From positions 2,741,370-2,805,369 of the forward strand of contig MU057744.1 of assembly GCA_013265495.1 (NCBI GenBank): a stretch of 64,000 bases of DNA, written 5' to 3'. Each line of letters opens with the position of its first letter. Position 1 is the stretch's first letter. Positions 1 to 12,544 of the stretch are shown here, one piece after another. The stretch comes from Vicugna vicugna (taxonomy: Eukaryota). The translations under genes and the position numbers were made by a program. Under the pieces are notes generated by a model. It made no database searches and had not been told where the DNA came from. It was given only the letters and a program-made list of their open reading frames with translations.

Positions 1-570
1 GGCAACATTTACTACTTTTTTATTTTTACTGGGAAAATAAAATCTATCATCCACGGATGCATTTCAGGCAATACACCAATTGGAGATTTTTTTTCATCTA
101 AGAAGGACTAATTGATTTTGCCTTTTGATTAGAAATCTGTTGAACTGTTAGTGCTGTGACTCCCTCACACCAGTGTTATTGATGAACTCACTGAGGTCTA
201 AAGCATCTGAAGTGTAATTCTGATCTTTACTTCTAGTCACCACAGACCAGCATGTTGAGTTTCATTCTGTCAGTAACACATTTTGTCGCACTAATTCCTG
301 AATCAGAACCGTGTTCTTCTTCTGCACAGCTCAGTGAGTGTTCTTGCTCAGAGTGTTGGTGTGAGTCTGATGCATTGCTTTTCCCTTTCCTTTTCTGCCT
401 CAATTTCCGGTTTTGTTACTCGCCATCATAGCCCCTGCTGAGGTGCCGACTGTATATTGGGGATCTCTGATGCAGGCATTCACGTTAGGGCCCCAGACAC
501 TGTGGTTCTTCATCCTGACCGCAGGTCACAGTAACCACCCACTAGCCAAGTGCACCTTATTCAAGTACCA
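1..570 (-). pseudogene. Large 3' exon remnant of the minus-strand gene
   Basis: Acceptor tcttttccacttttggtcacag at 571+. Interrupted frames include WYLNKVHLASGWLL* and QNRKLRQKRKGKSNASDSHQHSEQEHSLSCAEEEHGSDSG. Confidence 0.4.
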
Positions 571-879
571 CTGTGACCAAAAGTGGAAAAGATACACCAA
601 TCAGATTCTTTTATTGAAAAATAAAACATAGGGGAAAATAAAAAATGTTCAGTAACTGAAGAGGATGCTGATTAATTATGTATTTATCATATGTTGTAGA
701 AATACGTAACATACACCTATATAAAAGTATTTAATCCTGAATTGTGAGAAGAAACAGCATATACTTGGTAGGCACCTACATATTACTTAAAATTTGTAGA
801 AAATCATGATGTGTAGTTAAGGTACAGAGAGGTCAGCTTTGCAGTTGGATTTTAATTTTAAATATTTCAGTTAGTAGGC

Positions 880-1070
880 ATGGTTTGTGGTGAAGTGACT
901 CAGCACCTCGTGTTTCTGTCTCCGTATCCGGAATATGAGGATAATGAATGGAGGTGCTTCAAGGAGTTTTTGAAAGGCTTAAATGAGATAATGAATGCAA
1001 AGATTATAAATGTCCACACATGTGAAGCACTCAGTAAATGTTAAGTTACAGTTATTACCATTATTAGTAG
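880..1070 (+). mobile_element. MIR SINE
   Basis: MIR core and tail: atgaggataat...aggcttaaatgagataatgaatgcaaag...gcactcagtaaatgttaag. Confidence 0.75.
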
Positions 1071-1201
1071 CGGCTGTTGTGGAAGAACATGGAGATTTTG
1101 TGTGACTGTTTGAGAAAGAAATGTGTAACTTAAATACATGTCATGTGTCTTTATGCTGCCTGTGACTGTATTCACCTCTCACCTTCACTTCTCAGACTTA
1201 C

Positions 1202-1312
1202 TTCATGCTCATGTTGACTTCCTAGTGACCAGGTCAATGATTTCTCTGATCGCAGGTGTATCATATCAAGAGTTTGGATTTATAGTCATATTGGGGTCAC
1301 AGAAAAAAAATT
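1202..1312 (-). pseudogene. Exon remnant, 111 nt, frameshifted
   Basis: Perfect donor GAA|gtaagt; acceptor gttctggatag. Reads EFFFCDPNMTINPN / MIHLRSEKSLTWSLGSQHEHE in two frames. Confidence 0.45.
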
Positions 1313-1748
1313 CTATCCAGAACAGCTTGATTAATTCACACCTCTCTACTCTCATTCTGGCCTATATGGGATTTTGAGAAAAAGCAACTCACTTCCAAGC
1401 AAAAGAAAATGAGGAAGTTTAAGCCAACAGGAAAACAGAAAACCAAACCAAACCAAACCATGTCTACTCCACAGCTGTCCCTTGCCTGTCATTTAAACTG
1501 AAGCCTGTGTATTGGTGACTAGGTATTTAGAGTTTACATATTTTTATCACTTTAAGTTATTATTTCCATAACAGCCTCTAATACTGTTAAACTAATTTAA
1601 ATATTTTAGGGAGGTGGGATCGTTCAGATGAGGTTAGTTCAAACAGAGTAACAACCAAAGGCGCGAAAGGATAAGACTGAAATGCAGAGACACTCCGCAA
1701 GTCCTGATTCATTCGGTAGTTTCACTTAGCTACCACTCCTGCTCTCAC

Positions 1749-1815
1749 CGGACGGCTTTATGAGTAAGTGATGTGTTTTATCAATAAAAGTTCTGTGTGT
1801 TTCCCCTTTTCCGCC
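1749..1815 (-). pseudogene. Exon, 67 nt, open in phase 0
   Basis: Donor CCG|gtgaga; weak acceptor tactgaccag; GGKGETHRTFIDKTHHLLIKPS. Confidence 0.4.
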
Positions 1816-2009
1816 CTGGTCAGTACATGCCATTGCATTAGACATTGTACCGACAAGAGGATACTGGGCTCACAATTTGTGAGACGTTTGACTCCCAGCG
1901 GGGAGCAAATGTTCCATATTTGTAGCATAGAACTTAGTTTTTAAGAATGATTTTTGTTGTTGTTTTCATTTAGAAGGCAGGATTCATGGAATAATTTGGT
2001 TTATGCAAA

Positions 2010-2377
2010 GCTCCTGGGACCGGGGAAGGTGTCCACAGATGTCACCACCTCTGCAGTGGGCGTTCCCGAGCTCAGGGGTGGAGGAGTCTGCGCAGTTGAT
2101 GTGGCGGGATGTGGCCTCACCGGGCGGAGCGTCGGGGCAGCCCCGCCCTCCCACGGAAGTGCCGCCCGGCCGCGCGCGCACCCCAGGGGACGCGGCGGCG
2201 GTGTCTTCCCCTGAGCCCCTCGGTCTTGCCCCTGAATCCTTCAGTTCCGAGTATGTGGTATACGTGGGAGCGCCCCCTGGTGAAATAAATAGGAATCTGC
2301 CAGCTACAAATAATAGGTAATACGGTATGGTCATTGTCAGCGCACTCAGTCTTCTCGTGCTGTTCCCTGCGGCTTTT

Positions 2378-2411
<34 letters not shown>

Positions 2412-2600
2412 TGTTTTCCTTCCTACCGCCTGCGCTAGTCCAGTGGGGCATTTCCTGCTGTGCTGCCCCTGCAAGTCCTCCCGTGCCGGCCTCCGCGTTG
2501 CTTTAGGTCCTTCGACGTGACTCCTTTTTATCCTCCACTGCCCCGTCTCTCCTGCTTCATGGCTCCGCATCCCCAGCCCACGCCCCAGCGTTGCAGAGCT
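2010..2600. promoter_or_regulatory. Small CpG/GC-rich patch with a GC box and an ETS motif
   Basis: High CpG density; ccccgccc and cggaagtg near 2141-2161. Function is unproven. Confidence 0.35.
2380..2408. repeat. (GT)n microsatellite
   Basis: About 14 GT units. Confidence 0.95.
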
Positions 2601-3086
2601 GCCCAGGCCCTGCAGGACTTGCTACTGGCGTGACCCCATAGCCGTGTCAGCAAGCGTGTGCATCGTTGACAGTGAGCTCATCAAGCAGAGAGGCAAAACA
2701 CCACACGAGAGTTAAGATTCAATTCCAAACATCATGGAAGTGAAGTTCAAAATGTCATCAGTCGTGAAGGAGATAGAAAACCTCAGCTTGTGTATTTGCT
2801 TTTCTGGAAAGTTCCCCCAGCCTGATAGGCACCTGCCTGCACACGCACCTGTTGCAACGTTGCCCACACTGGCACACTCTTGGGGGTCTCTTTCTCTCTC
2901 TCTCTTATTGGCATGAAAGTTTCCTTGAGTAGAAATCCCCTTATTAGCACGTGATACGTATTCAGTATATGTTTCTATAATGGAAAGAATTGCAGGAGGC
3001 TATCTCATTCCTTATGTTACATATGTAAGAAGAAAAACACAGTATGCAGGTGACCTTTGCCTCAGATTTAAGAATTTCACTATGGT

Positions 3087-3225
3087 GGGGAGGGTGTAGC
3101 TCAAGGGCTAGAGCTCATGCTTAGCATGCAGGAGGTCCTGGGTTCAGTCCCCAGTACCTCCTCTACAAGTAATAAATAAATAAACCCAATTACCTCTCCC
3201 CACCCCCCAGAAAAAAAGTAAAAAA
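3087..3225 (+). mobile_element. Vic-1-type tRNA-derived SINE (camelid)
   Basis: tagctcaa A box, ggttcagtccc B box, aataaa tail; TSD atttcactat at 3074-3083 and 3227-3236. Confidence 0.9.
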
Positions 3226-3311
3226 TATTTCACTATTGATATAAACAAATTATTAACAAATGTATGTGGTGAAAAACTAAGTAAGAATTGTTCCCCATCA
3301 CACGTACTAAC

Positions 3312-3377
3312 CTGCAACAGCTCTACAACCTGACACTCATATCTTCACTGACAATCTAATACACTCAGATGTTTTTC
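3312..3377 (-). pseudogene. Exon, 66 nt, contains a stop
   Basis: Acceptor attttgtatcaag; donor CAG|gttagt. Phase 0 reads EKHLSVLDCQ*RYECQVVELLQ (single TGA); phase 2 reads KNI*. Confidence 0.45.
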
Positions 3378-3473
3378 CTTGATACAAAATGATTGCATAG
3401 AAACGATCACAGATTTGATTTCTCAGCTCTAAAACTCTTACTGTCAAGTGATTGAACTGAGGTGTGTCCTCAC

Positions 3474-3506
3474 CTTGATTGCTCTCTGATTTGAAAGTTT
3501 CTTATA
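3474..3506 (-). CDS. Candidate exon, 33 nt, of the minus-strand gene
   Basis: gaatttttag| ... AAG|gtgagg; open in phase 0 and phase 2 (IRNFQIREQS). Confidence 0.45.
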
Positions 3507-4699
3507 CTAAAAATTCGCCATCTTATATTTCAAACAGATCATTTTGCCAAAATAGAATTAAAGGGTTTTATACAAAATGAATCCTTAGTTAATTTTTAAA
3601 TAAGTATGATTTCATACTTCTATTTTCTTAAAAACAGTATCTTTGGTAACATACAAAATTTGAAAAAAAAAGTTCAAAAACTACAAAGTGTATACAAAGA
3701 AAAGTGTGCCTTCTTACCCCAGAAGGGCCCTTTTCTCTCTTCAGAGGCACCCACTCTCTTTCATTTCTTGTATTTACCTCAGAAATGTTCTATACATATT
3801 AAAACATGCATTTATGTACAGTACTACTTTTGTTATCCATTGTTATATAACAAATTCCACAAAATTGGCACTTAAAACAACCCACATTTATTATGTACAG
3901 TTTCTACGAGTCAGGAATCTGGTTCATGGCTCAGCTGTGCCTCCCGCCACAAGGTCTCTCGCGAGACAGTCAGCGTCTTGACCAGGACTGGGGTCTCATC
4001 TGAAGGCTTGACTAGTGAAGGGTCCACTTCCAACCTCAAGTTTGTTGACAGCAGTTAGTTTCTTATGGGCTGAGGGACTAAGTCTCAGTTCCTTGCTGGA
4101 AGTATTCCAGGAGCCACCCTCACCCAGCCACCTGCACATGGACCTGTGTGAGAAGGTACCAGGGAGAGTCAGAGAGCAAGACAGAAGTTAAAAACTGTAT
4201 GTAATTCTAACCATGGGCCTTATATCCACCCAACTCTGAGAGAGGGGTTTGCACAAGTCCATGGTCATCAGGGGGCAGGAATTAGCCACTGCAGAAGCTC
4301 TGACCCTGAAACTCATGGCTTTCACATGCCAAACACATGAAACCCCTGCTTCTCAAAAGTTCTTAAGGGTACTGTCCTGTTGCAGAATTTGTTCCACGTC
4401 TAAAATCTCATCTTCAGAAGCAGGATTAGGTGAAGGAGTGTAGATTGTGAAGCAGAACTCCTGAAACACAGCTTCTCTTCATCTGCAGACATGTGAAACT
4501 AATGAGACAAGTCATCTCTTGTCTGTCTTTCCAACATGCAGGGGTGGGTGAGGCACAGGGTGACGTCCGCAGATGCTCCTGTTGTAAACGCGGGGTGACG
4601 GGAGGTAAAACTAGTCCACGGTAATTCTGAATCCAGCTAGGGAATGTGGGGAGGTCCCTGTGATGAGCTTTCAAGGCCCAGGGGTATCTCTCTGTAACT

Positions 4700-5760
4700 T
4701 TGTTTATTTTGTTGTTGTTTTTGTTTCATCTTTCATTTTGTTTATTTATTTTTATTGAAGTATAGTCACTTTACACTGTTGTGTCAATTTTTGGTGTGCA
4801 ACATGTTTCAGTCATACATGTGCATACATATATTCCTTTTCATACTTTTTCATCATGGGTTACTACAGGGTAGTGAATATAGTTCCCTGTGCTGTACAGT
4901 AGGACCTTGTTATTTATCTATTTTATATACAGTAGTATCTGCAAATCTCAAACTCCCAATTTATCCCTTCCCACCTTCTTCTCTGCTGGTAACAATAGTG
5001 TGTTTTCTATGTCTGTTAAGTCTGTTTCTGTTTTGTAAATAAGTTCACCTGTGTCTTTTTTTTCCCTTTAGATTCCACATATACATGGTATCATAGGGCA
5101 TTTTTCTTTCTCTTTGTGACTTACTGCACTTAGAATAAATACCTCAAGTTCCATCCATGTTACAGCAAATGGCATTTTATTCTTGTTTATGGCCGAGTAG
5201 TTTTCCATTTTATAAATATGCCACAGTTTCTTTATCCAGTCATCTGTCGATAGACATTTAGGTTGTTTCCGTGTCTTGGCTGTTGTAAATAGTGCTGCTG
5301 TGAACGTGGGGGTGCATGTGTCTTTTCAAGTTAGAGTTCCCTCTGGATATATACCTAGGAGTGGGATTGCTGGATCATATAATAACCCTATTTTTTAGTT
5401 TTTTTAAGACTCTCCATACTGTTTTCCACAGTGTCTGCAACAGACTACATTCCTACCAGCAGTGTAGGAGGGTTCCTTTTTCTCCACACCATCTCCAGCA
5501 TTTGTCATTTGCGGACATGGTCTTTGAATGATGGTCTTTCTGACTGATGTGAAGTATACCTCGTTGTAGCTTTGATTTGCATTTCTCTGATGATTAGTGA
5601 TATTGAGCGTTTTTTCTTGTGCCCATTGGTCATTCGTATGTCTTCACTGGAGAATTGCTTGTTTAGGTCTTCTGCCCATTTTTGGGTTGGGTTTTTTGTT
5701 GTTGTTGTTATTAAGTTGTTGCTGTTGATTGCATATTCTGGAGATTAAGCCCTCCAGAAT
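4700..5760 (-). mobile_element. Camelid/artiodactyl L1 3' end (ORF2 C-terminus plus 3' UTR)
   Basis: T-rich tail, ttattgaagtatagtc terminus, and the antisense ORF2 C-terminal motif tcttggctgttgtaaatagtgctgc. Confidence 0.9.
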
Positions 5761-7688
5761 AGTTGTATCTTTGTCATTTTGGGGTTTTTTGTTTGTTTGG
5801 TATAGATTTATGCATCCAGTTTGGGATCCACTTTTTTTCCAGGAGTCTTTCAAAGTTGTTATCTGCTCTGGAGCATTTAGTGCACTTCAAAATCTCCATG
5901 GCCTTAGTTAGCTAGCAGATTTAAAAGGGAAAAGAAAATTGACTCCTATTGACTGACTTCCTGGCTTTTCAGTTTGCTGCCTCTTAGGACATATCCCCAA
6001 AGCCAAGATAGGCATATCTTTGCATATATAAAGCTAGTGAAAGACTTCATTTCTACCTCTAAAAACTCCGTGGCAATGGGAAAAAACAGCGATCACCCAC
6101 AGGCCACCTTCCCCTATGCTCCTGTTATGTGCATCCATCTGAAACCTGCTGAGTGTAAACCCGAGAAGCATTAGTGTTCAAACATCACCCTTTTCAAGGA
6201 CGGGCAGACTGGGCCAAAGTGCAGGAAGCGAGTTTCCCTTGGTTTGTTCCATTGCTGGTGTCACAGCTTTTAGAGCCCCTGGCTCTGCCTTTCTGCACTC
6301 TCGGCTTCATCCTCTGAGCCCCCCTGCCTTTTCCGTGAAAAGCAGCCTGTGTTTGCACCTGAATGGTTTTCTGGGTGTGCGCACTGTCAGTTGAAATTCA
6401 GCAGAGACCAACGGTGTCTTTTCCTTTTCAGTCCTCTTTGTTGCTTGTAATTCAAACTGCCAGTGATTTTTGGTGACATGATTTTCTCAAAAATTTGTGG
6501 GCCTTCTGCCAATTTTGCTTTTATTTACTCCATTAGACAAAAATCATACCTCAAATATCTTCCAGATAAACTCTTTTCTACTTCGGGGTCCTGCAGAGCT
6601 GACTGAGGACAAAACCTTAAAGCTTCCTGGACGCCCTGTGGTTTGACTGAAGCGTTCTATTCATGTCTCTAAGTGACTCTTGTTGTGATGGAATACTCTG
6701 AAACTTCATCTTTCTGAAATTTTAACAAAAGTTTTGTCCAGTTACATACTCAACTTTATCTGCAGACCAGGCCTCATCTATAGAATACATTGTTCTGACA
6801 GTGCGTAGAAGTCATTTCTTTGTTTTGGAATCCTCTGCCCTCTGGAGAAGCTGAGAACTTCACAGATTGTCGGTCCTGGTCCCCTTTTGTTTGGTGCACA
6901 GTTCACTGCAGTCGGTCTCCTCTTGTACTTAGCTGTGAGCGGTAAAAGAAACCAGGTGGCATTTTCAACACTTTACCTGGAAATTTCTTACCTGAATAAC
7001 CACGTTTATCATGGAAGTGTTCTGTTTTCTACGTAATTGGGAGGAAAATTTTGCCAAGACTCCTACCACCACATAATAAGGATCCTGCTCCCGTCAGCTT
7101 CCAGTGGCACGTCCCTCTCTTCTTCTGAGCCCCCGCTGGCTGTGTCCTCAACTTCCCAGTTTCTGCCAACAGACTGATCAAGGCAAGTTAGGCATTCTTG
7201 GTTATTCTCCTGCAACTCTTCCAGTCTTTTAACTACTGCCCAGTTCCAGAGCCATCCCCGCACTGTAAGCTTATAGAAGCATCTCACTTCCAGGTACCAA
7301 AGTATGTATTAGTTATCCATTGCTGCACAGCGGATCATCACAGGATGAGCAGCTTGAAACAATGCCTACTTACTACCTTGCGGTTTCTTTTGTCCAGGTG
7401 CTCAGATATGGCTTAGCTGGGTCCTCTGCTTCTACACCTTTCATAAGGCTTCAGTTAAGGTGTCATCCTGGCCTGAGGTCTCTTCTGAACATTTGTCTGG
7501 GGAAGAATCCACTTATATACTCTTTTTGTGGGCTGCTGGCTGGAGGGCTTCAGTTCCAAGCTGAGGTTGGCTCAAGGCTGCCCCTCGTTCCTCCCCATGT
7601 GAACATCTCCAACATGGCCGTTTGCTATATCAAAGCACGCTAGCCAGAAAGAAACAGACTCAGCTAGCAAGACAGAGGTGGCGGTCTT

Positions 7689-7864
7689 TCTTTTAATATA
7701 GTTATTTGGGTTTTTAAATGTCTTTTTTTATTATTGTATTATTTAATCATTTTATTTTTGGCAGGAAAAGGAGAGGTAATTAGGTTTATTTATTTTTAGA
7801 GGAAGTACTGGGGATTGAACCCAGGACCTCCTGCATGCTAAGGATGCGCTGAGCTGTACCCTCC
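7689..7864 (-). mobile_element. Vic-1-type SINE
   Basis: ggggattgaacccaggacctc...tgagctgtaccctcc; diverged 17-bp TSD at 7672-7688 and 7865-7881. Confidence 0.9.
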
Positions 7865-8296
7865 ACAGAAGCAGCGATCTTACGTAACCTAAATTTTAGT
7901 TACCGTCCTGTTACCTTTGTCATACTCTGTTTATCAGAAGCAGTCGTGGGTCCCAGCCACACTCAAGGTGCGGGGGTTGCATTAGCGGGTGAATACTAGG
8001 AGTCAGGGGTCAGTCAGGGCCATTAGAGTCTGTCCATCACAGATTTTCCACACCGCTTTTCCCATTAAATAACATATTTGGACAATCATTCCATATAAGT
8101 GTATATAGATCTCTTTCTTAAAATGGCTTCTCAATATGTTTATCTACAGAAACTCTCTCTGTGTATTACATCTTTGATCAGTGCTATTTAAGAAAGAAGA
8201 GTGCAATGTGAAAGGAAAGATATGCAAAATCCATTGTAAGTTCTCTAAGCCTGTAAGATGCAGGTGAGCAAGTTGTGCGGAATTGATTCTACTCAC

Positions 8297-8334
8297 AGAA
8301 TTCCTTTTAAGACATTCTTACGGTCTTGTTCACA
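8297..8334 (-). CDS. Candidate exon, 38 nt
   Basis: cttttatttctgcatgaattttag| CEQDRKNVLKGI |gtgagt. Confidence 0.55.
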
Positions 8335-8773
8335 CTAAAATTCATGCAGAAATAAAAGTGATAAGGCCTTTGTTACTTGTCATTTATTATGTATTTTCGC
8401 CCAAAGTTTGATGCAATGCAGTGGAGATAATTAAAATCTTGGCAGCATTCTCAGCTTAATCTGTAGCTCACTGGAGGCTGAATCACATGACCACAATAAA
8501 ATCAAACCTGAACATGATGGTGATTGCATCACACTAACAGAAGTATTAAGTATTGTAAATATAAGCATAGAGCTGATGTCACTTAGCAAAAAAGAACGTG
8601 TAGAAATGTCTCTGGGTCAGATATTTGAGTCAGATCGTTTGAAACTAAGAGAAGGGCGCAGAGGAAGGATGGCACTTGGAGCACCTGGGAGATTCATTGC
8701 ACTGCTGCTTTTGTGTTCTTTCTCTTGATTAAATAAATAAGACTGGTTTTTTGCTCATCTGAATTTTACCTAC

Positions 8774-8807
8774 CAAGCCTTTGTTTGGCCGTGTTTCATG
8801 TATATTT
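8774..8807 (-). CDS. Candidate exon, 34 nt (38 nt with the alternative donor at 8770)
   Basis: ctttccccactttgtttaacag| NIHETRPNKGL |gtaggt. Confidence 0.55.
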
Positions 8808-9078
8808 CTGTTAAACAAAGTGGGGAAAGATGACACTGAAAACAGTTTATTTCAGGACTCACTTCATGAATCTAGAAAATTGTATATGGCTTCAGGAACA
8901 GGAAATGTACATTTCAATATTGCATGCCTCTCTCCAGTTTTAGAAGAAAATTGCCTAGTAAATACTCTAGAAATATTGAAGCGAGTCTCTGATGTATAAA
9001 AATGTCACCTTTTTAAAAATCTGTACTGATTAAAGTAGGACTGTTTAGCACTCCCTTGAATTTCCAAGAAAATCTGCC

Positions 9079-9435
9079 TGTTAATAGGACTTTATTTTCT
9101 TACTTATGTAATAAATTGATACGCAGAGCTCTCAATTAAACAGAGTTGGAACCCCAGAAGGGGGAGCCCTCACAGTGGGAGAGCCCGACAGGAAGATGGA
9201 AGACGACTCTTCTTCCCCGGGGAGGACTCAGCCCACGAGAGTCGTCACAAATCAGCCAATGGAAACCGTGGCCCCACAACCTCCTTCTCCCCCTGTAAAA
9301 ATGTTCCCCTTCCATTTCTGCCGGGACTTGCACGTAGCTCACCGTGGTTGCAGACCCTGAATTGCAATTCGTTGCTGATCAGAATAAAGCCATTTTTGCT
9401 GGAGAAATAACTGCAGTCTTTTTGTTTTAAGAAAA
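9079..9435 (+). mobile_element. ERV solo LTR
   Basis: TG start, cagccaatg CCAAT box, degenerate TATA, aataaa at ~9383, LTR-like U5. Confidence 0.65.
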
Positions 9436-10162
9436 TATACTATATTTGATAACAAAACTACGTTAGAAACTTTTTCAAGAGAAAAGACTTTTTATCCATT
9501 TAATACACAAACATGATTGACTTTGTAATATGACCGCCTCTGGTAAAGTGATTTTTATAACAAAATCCTTATCCAAGTTACATTAAATCTCTGAATAAGA
9601 GTTTTTTTAACCCTTAAAATTAATCCAGAACTTTTAAAGTGGAGTTACAATTTATCGTGTGTTCTTCACAGTGGTAGTGGGATGTGCACTCGGTGAATTA
9701 CCTTGGGCAGGTCACATGTTCAGGGCAAGGCGAAGTGAGTGTCTTACTTCCTTTTCCTTTTTTGAGCAATTTCTTTTTATTTTATTTTATTTTTTAAAAA
9801 ATCTGATCATATACTAAGTTTTCCTATTTAAATGTTAACATAGCTACTTTGAATCTGTGAAACAAGGGGTGTACTGACGTGTCACTTGCTAAATTTTGTA
9901 ATCATTTACCACTTCTTGCAACAGGCTTTACCTGTTGTCAGGAAAATGTTATAATAATTTTCTTTAGAATGCATAATTTTTTACAGAGAGCTAGACTTTG
10001 GAACTCTCACACATTGGATTTCACAGGCGAACACTGACAGTGCCAGCTAGAGATTGTTACCGTAACTGTGGTCAGTCGCAGTCAGTTCTATCTTGTGCCA
10101 GCAGAGCACGTGTATTCCTGATTCAGAATTGGTTTGCGTCGTTATTTGAGCCAATCTCTTAC

Positions 10163-10203
10163 GTGCTTGATATTCTCAGTTTATGTGTATAGGGTAGATG
10201 TGA
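10163..10203 (-). CDS. Candidate exon, 41 nt
   Basis: tattttcatacatttaaaag| SHLPYTHKLRISS |gtaaga; phases match both neighbours. Confidence 0.5.
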
Positions 10204-10522
10204 CTTTTAAATGTATGAAAATACCCAAGAATGTCATTTCTGGTACTTGATAAACACTGAGTGTTAGGTACCACTATTAGCATTCACAAAACATACCAAA
10301 AATCTGTACCACACCTAACTCCCTCTTTAGTCTCTCTTTAATTTTTAATTTGACGTCATGGTGTTGTGAAGCACTTACTCAGAAAGGGTAACATTTCTAA
10401 ACGTACAAGTTGGCTGGGAGTGAGTGTTGTTAGCTCTGATGCACGCTGGACTTTAGTCCCAGGGGCTGTTTCTGACTAATTCATGATGTGATTTCAAGGA
10501 GTCTGGTCGGCATTTGGACAGA

Positions 10523-10947
10523 GCACTAGTTTATCAGGGCTACAGTTACAAGATCTTACCAGCCGTGGGCTTAGAGCAGTAGACGTGTGTTGTCTCACAG
10601 TTATGCACACCAGAGATCTGAAATCCAGGCAGCAGTAGGGCCGTGCTCCCTCTGAAAGTGTTAGCAGAGGATCTGTTCCAGGCCTCTCTCCGAGTTTCTG
10701 GATCCTTAACTTGGGGCAGCATGACTCCAGCCTTCATACAGCATTCTTCTCATGTGCTTGTCTGTGTCTGAGTCCAAATTTCCCTTTTTTATGAGGACAC
10801 TAGTCATATCGGGTTAGGGGCCAGCCCTACCCCAACAAAACCTAATCTTAACTGATGGCAAATTCAGTGACTTATTTCCAGATACAGCCATGTGCTGAGG
10901 CACTGGGGGATGGGGCGGAGGTTAGCACTTCAACATACGAATATTTT
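10523..10947 (-). mobile_element. MLT1B/C solo LTR
   Basis: Diagnostic segments tctcacagtt...gctccctctgaa...ccaaatttcccttttt atgaggacac...acttcaacatacgaat. Confidence 0.85.
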
Positions 10948-11649
10948 CAACTAGACAGCAAATAGACAGCAAATAAATGCTGCATTACATTAAAGTGGTA
11001 TAAGACACAATCTCAGGTTATTTAATAAAATTTGTATTTGTAAACATTGTTTTAAAGAGAGTTTTACGTGATTTTTGCCTACTAATAAAATGTGATAGGA
11101 AGTTACCCTGCATCTTCCTTAACTGTGTTTCTGTTTCTATTTTTTGAGGGGAGGAGGTAATTAGATTTCCTGAGCCATACCCTCCCCCCTTAGTTGCATT
11201 TTAATACACTTATTTTTAATCTTCCCAACCGGTTTGCCTCCATGTGTGGGTTTTCCTTTTTTCTTCTAAGAAGCCCCATGAAGTGAGAACGGGAGGCACA
11301 GAAGTTAAATTGCCGTCTGGGGACAGAGTCATTACTACGCTGACCTTCCTGCAGAGCTGGGTGTGCAGCCGGGTACTTAGCGCTCTCCTGTCTCGTCGGG
11401 GTGTGGGTGTCTCAGAGCCCCGCTGCATTCACGTCTGCCCGTGGTCCAGGGGTGGAGCCTCCAGACAAGCCGTCCTGCGTGCTGCTGCTTCTGATCAGTG
11501 TTAGTAACTGTTGCCTAGTTCTCCAGAGAATAATTGCCATCGCTTTGCATACAGTCTTTTTATTTTTTGTTTTCTCTTTCTCTCGTCCTCTTTTTCCTTT
11601 TTGTGTGTGGGGCCGTTTTTGGCCAGTGGTAGAACATAAATCAACTTAC

Positions 11650-11739
11650 CTGGCTACGTCCATGCGCACTGTTTTTCATTTTCCGGAAATGAGCCTTAGC
11701 ACTTAGACGTCGGCGGGGAGGCCTACTGGTGCAGTAGTC
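11650..11739 (-). CDS. Candidate exon, 90 nt, phase 0-0
   Basis: ttttcgcacttgcttacag| DYCTSRPPRRRLSAKAHFRKMKNSAHGRSQ CAG|gtaagt; consensus sites, open frame. Confidence 0.65.
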
Positions 11740-12017
11740 CTGTAAGCAAGTGCGAAAATAGCAGATCCTGAGTTGGCGGTTCTCAGGTGCCGGTGGTGTC
11801 TCGGGCACTTCAGAGTTACTAATAAATCGGTGCTCACAGTAATTGCGTGAATGCGTACGTACGACGTGACGCAGCGCTGACGGGCGAGGAAGCTGAGTCT
11901 CGGCGTTTTGTTTGTTGCGTGATAATTATGTTTCACACGCAGATGTGTTAGTGTTAATGAAACTGGAATACATTCAGTCCTAATTTTAGGATTAAATTTC
12001 ACTCTCCCGTCTCCAGG

Positions 12018-12171
12018 ATGGGTGGTCAGCAAAAGTTTTCCCTGAAGAGTCAGATAGTAAATACTTTAAGCTTAGCTGGCCATGTGGTCTTTGTTACAGT
12101 GAGTGAATTTTGTCCTTGAAAATAGGAAGTAGCCCAGATTTGGCCCATGGGCCATAATTGACTCATTTCTG
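12018..12171. mobile_element. MER58A hAT MITE, internally deleted
   Basis: gtcagcaaa...cagatagtaaatactttaagctt at one end; cagatttggcccatgggccataattg at the other. Confidence 0.8.
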
Positions 12172-12247
12172 ATCCAGAATATTTTTTAAGAATCCATCAT
12201 GTATTCATTTATAATTAAGCTGAAAAGAGAATTTCCTAAGCACGTAC

Positions 12248-12371
12248 TTCATACGCTACAGAGGTTATTTTCCTCAGGGACCATTTCGGGAACCTTTGTA
12301 AGGTAGTACTTCGCTTGAAGATAAAGGATTTTCCTTGGGTTTTAAACTTAATGTTGGCAGGAAGCGCATAC
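12248..12371 (-). CDS. Candidate exon, 124 nt, phase 2-0
   Basis: tttactttctggatttag| YALPANIKFKTQGKSFIFKRSTTLQRFPKWSLRKITSVAYE |gtacgt. Confidence 0.6.
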
Positions 12372-12544
12372 CTAAATCCAGAAAGTAAACGTGACTTTTG
12401 AAGTGCAGTGTTGCGTCACTCCTAAGATGCACACTCTTGTTCAGTATCTGTGAAACTGGAACGTCTGGCAACCCACGTCTCACGCCTGAGGAGCTACAGG
12501 ACCAGCTCCTTTTGTTACGTTGTATTGTCAGTAATTCTTAGTGA

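Larger units (their letters stand above)
3822..8041 (-). mobile_element. Two-LTR MaLR (MLT1E/F-like) provirus with internal region, interrupted by L1 and SINE
   Basis: LTRs at ~3822-4292 and ~7305-8041. MLT1-int-like sequence at 4293-4700 and 6270-7304. Typical junction cacttccaggtaccaaagta|tgtattagttatc. The host L1ME fragment resumes after 8041. Confidence 0.75.

Noticed and set aside
3087..3165. tRNA gene (also 18490 and 22298)
   Set aside because: tRNA-derived SINE heads with A-rich tails and TSDs.
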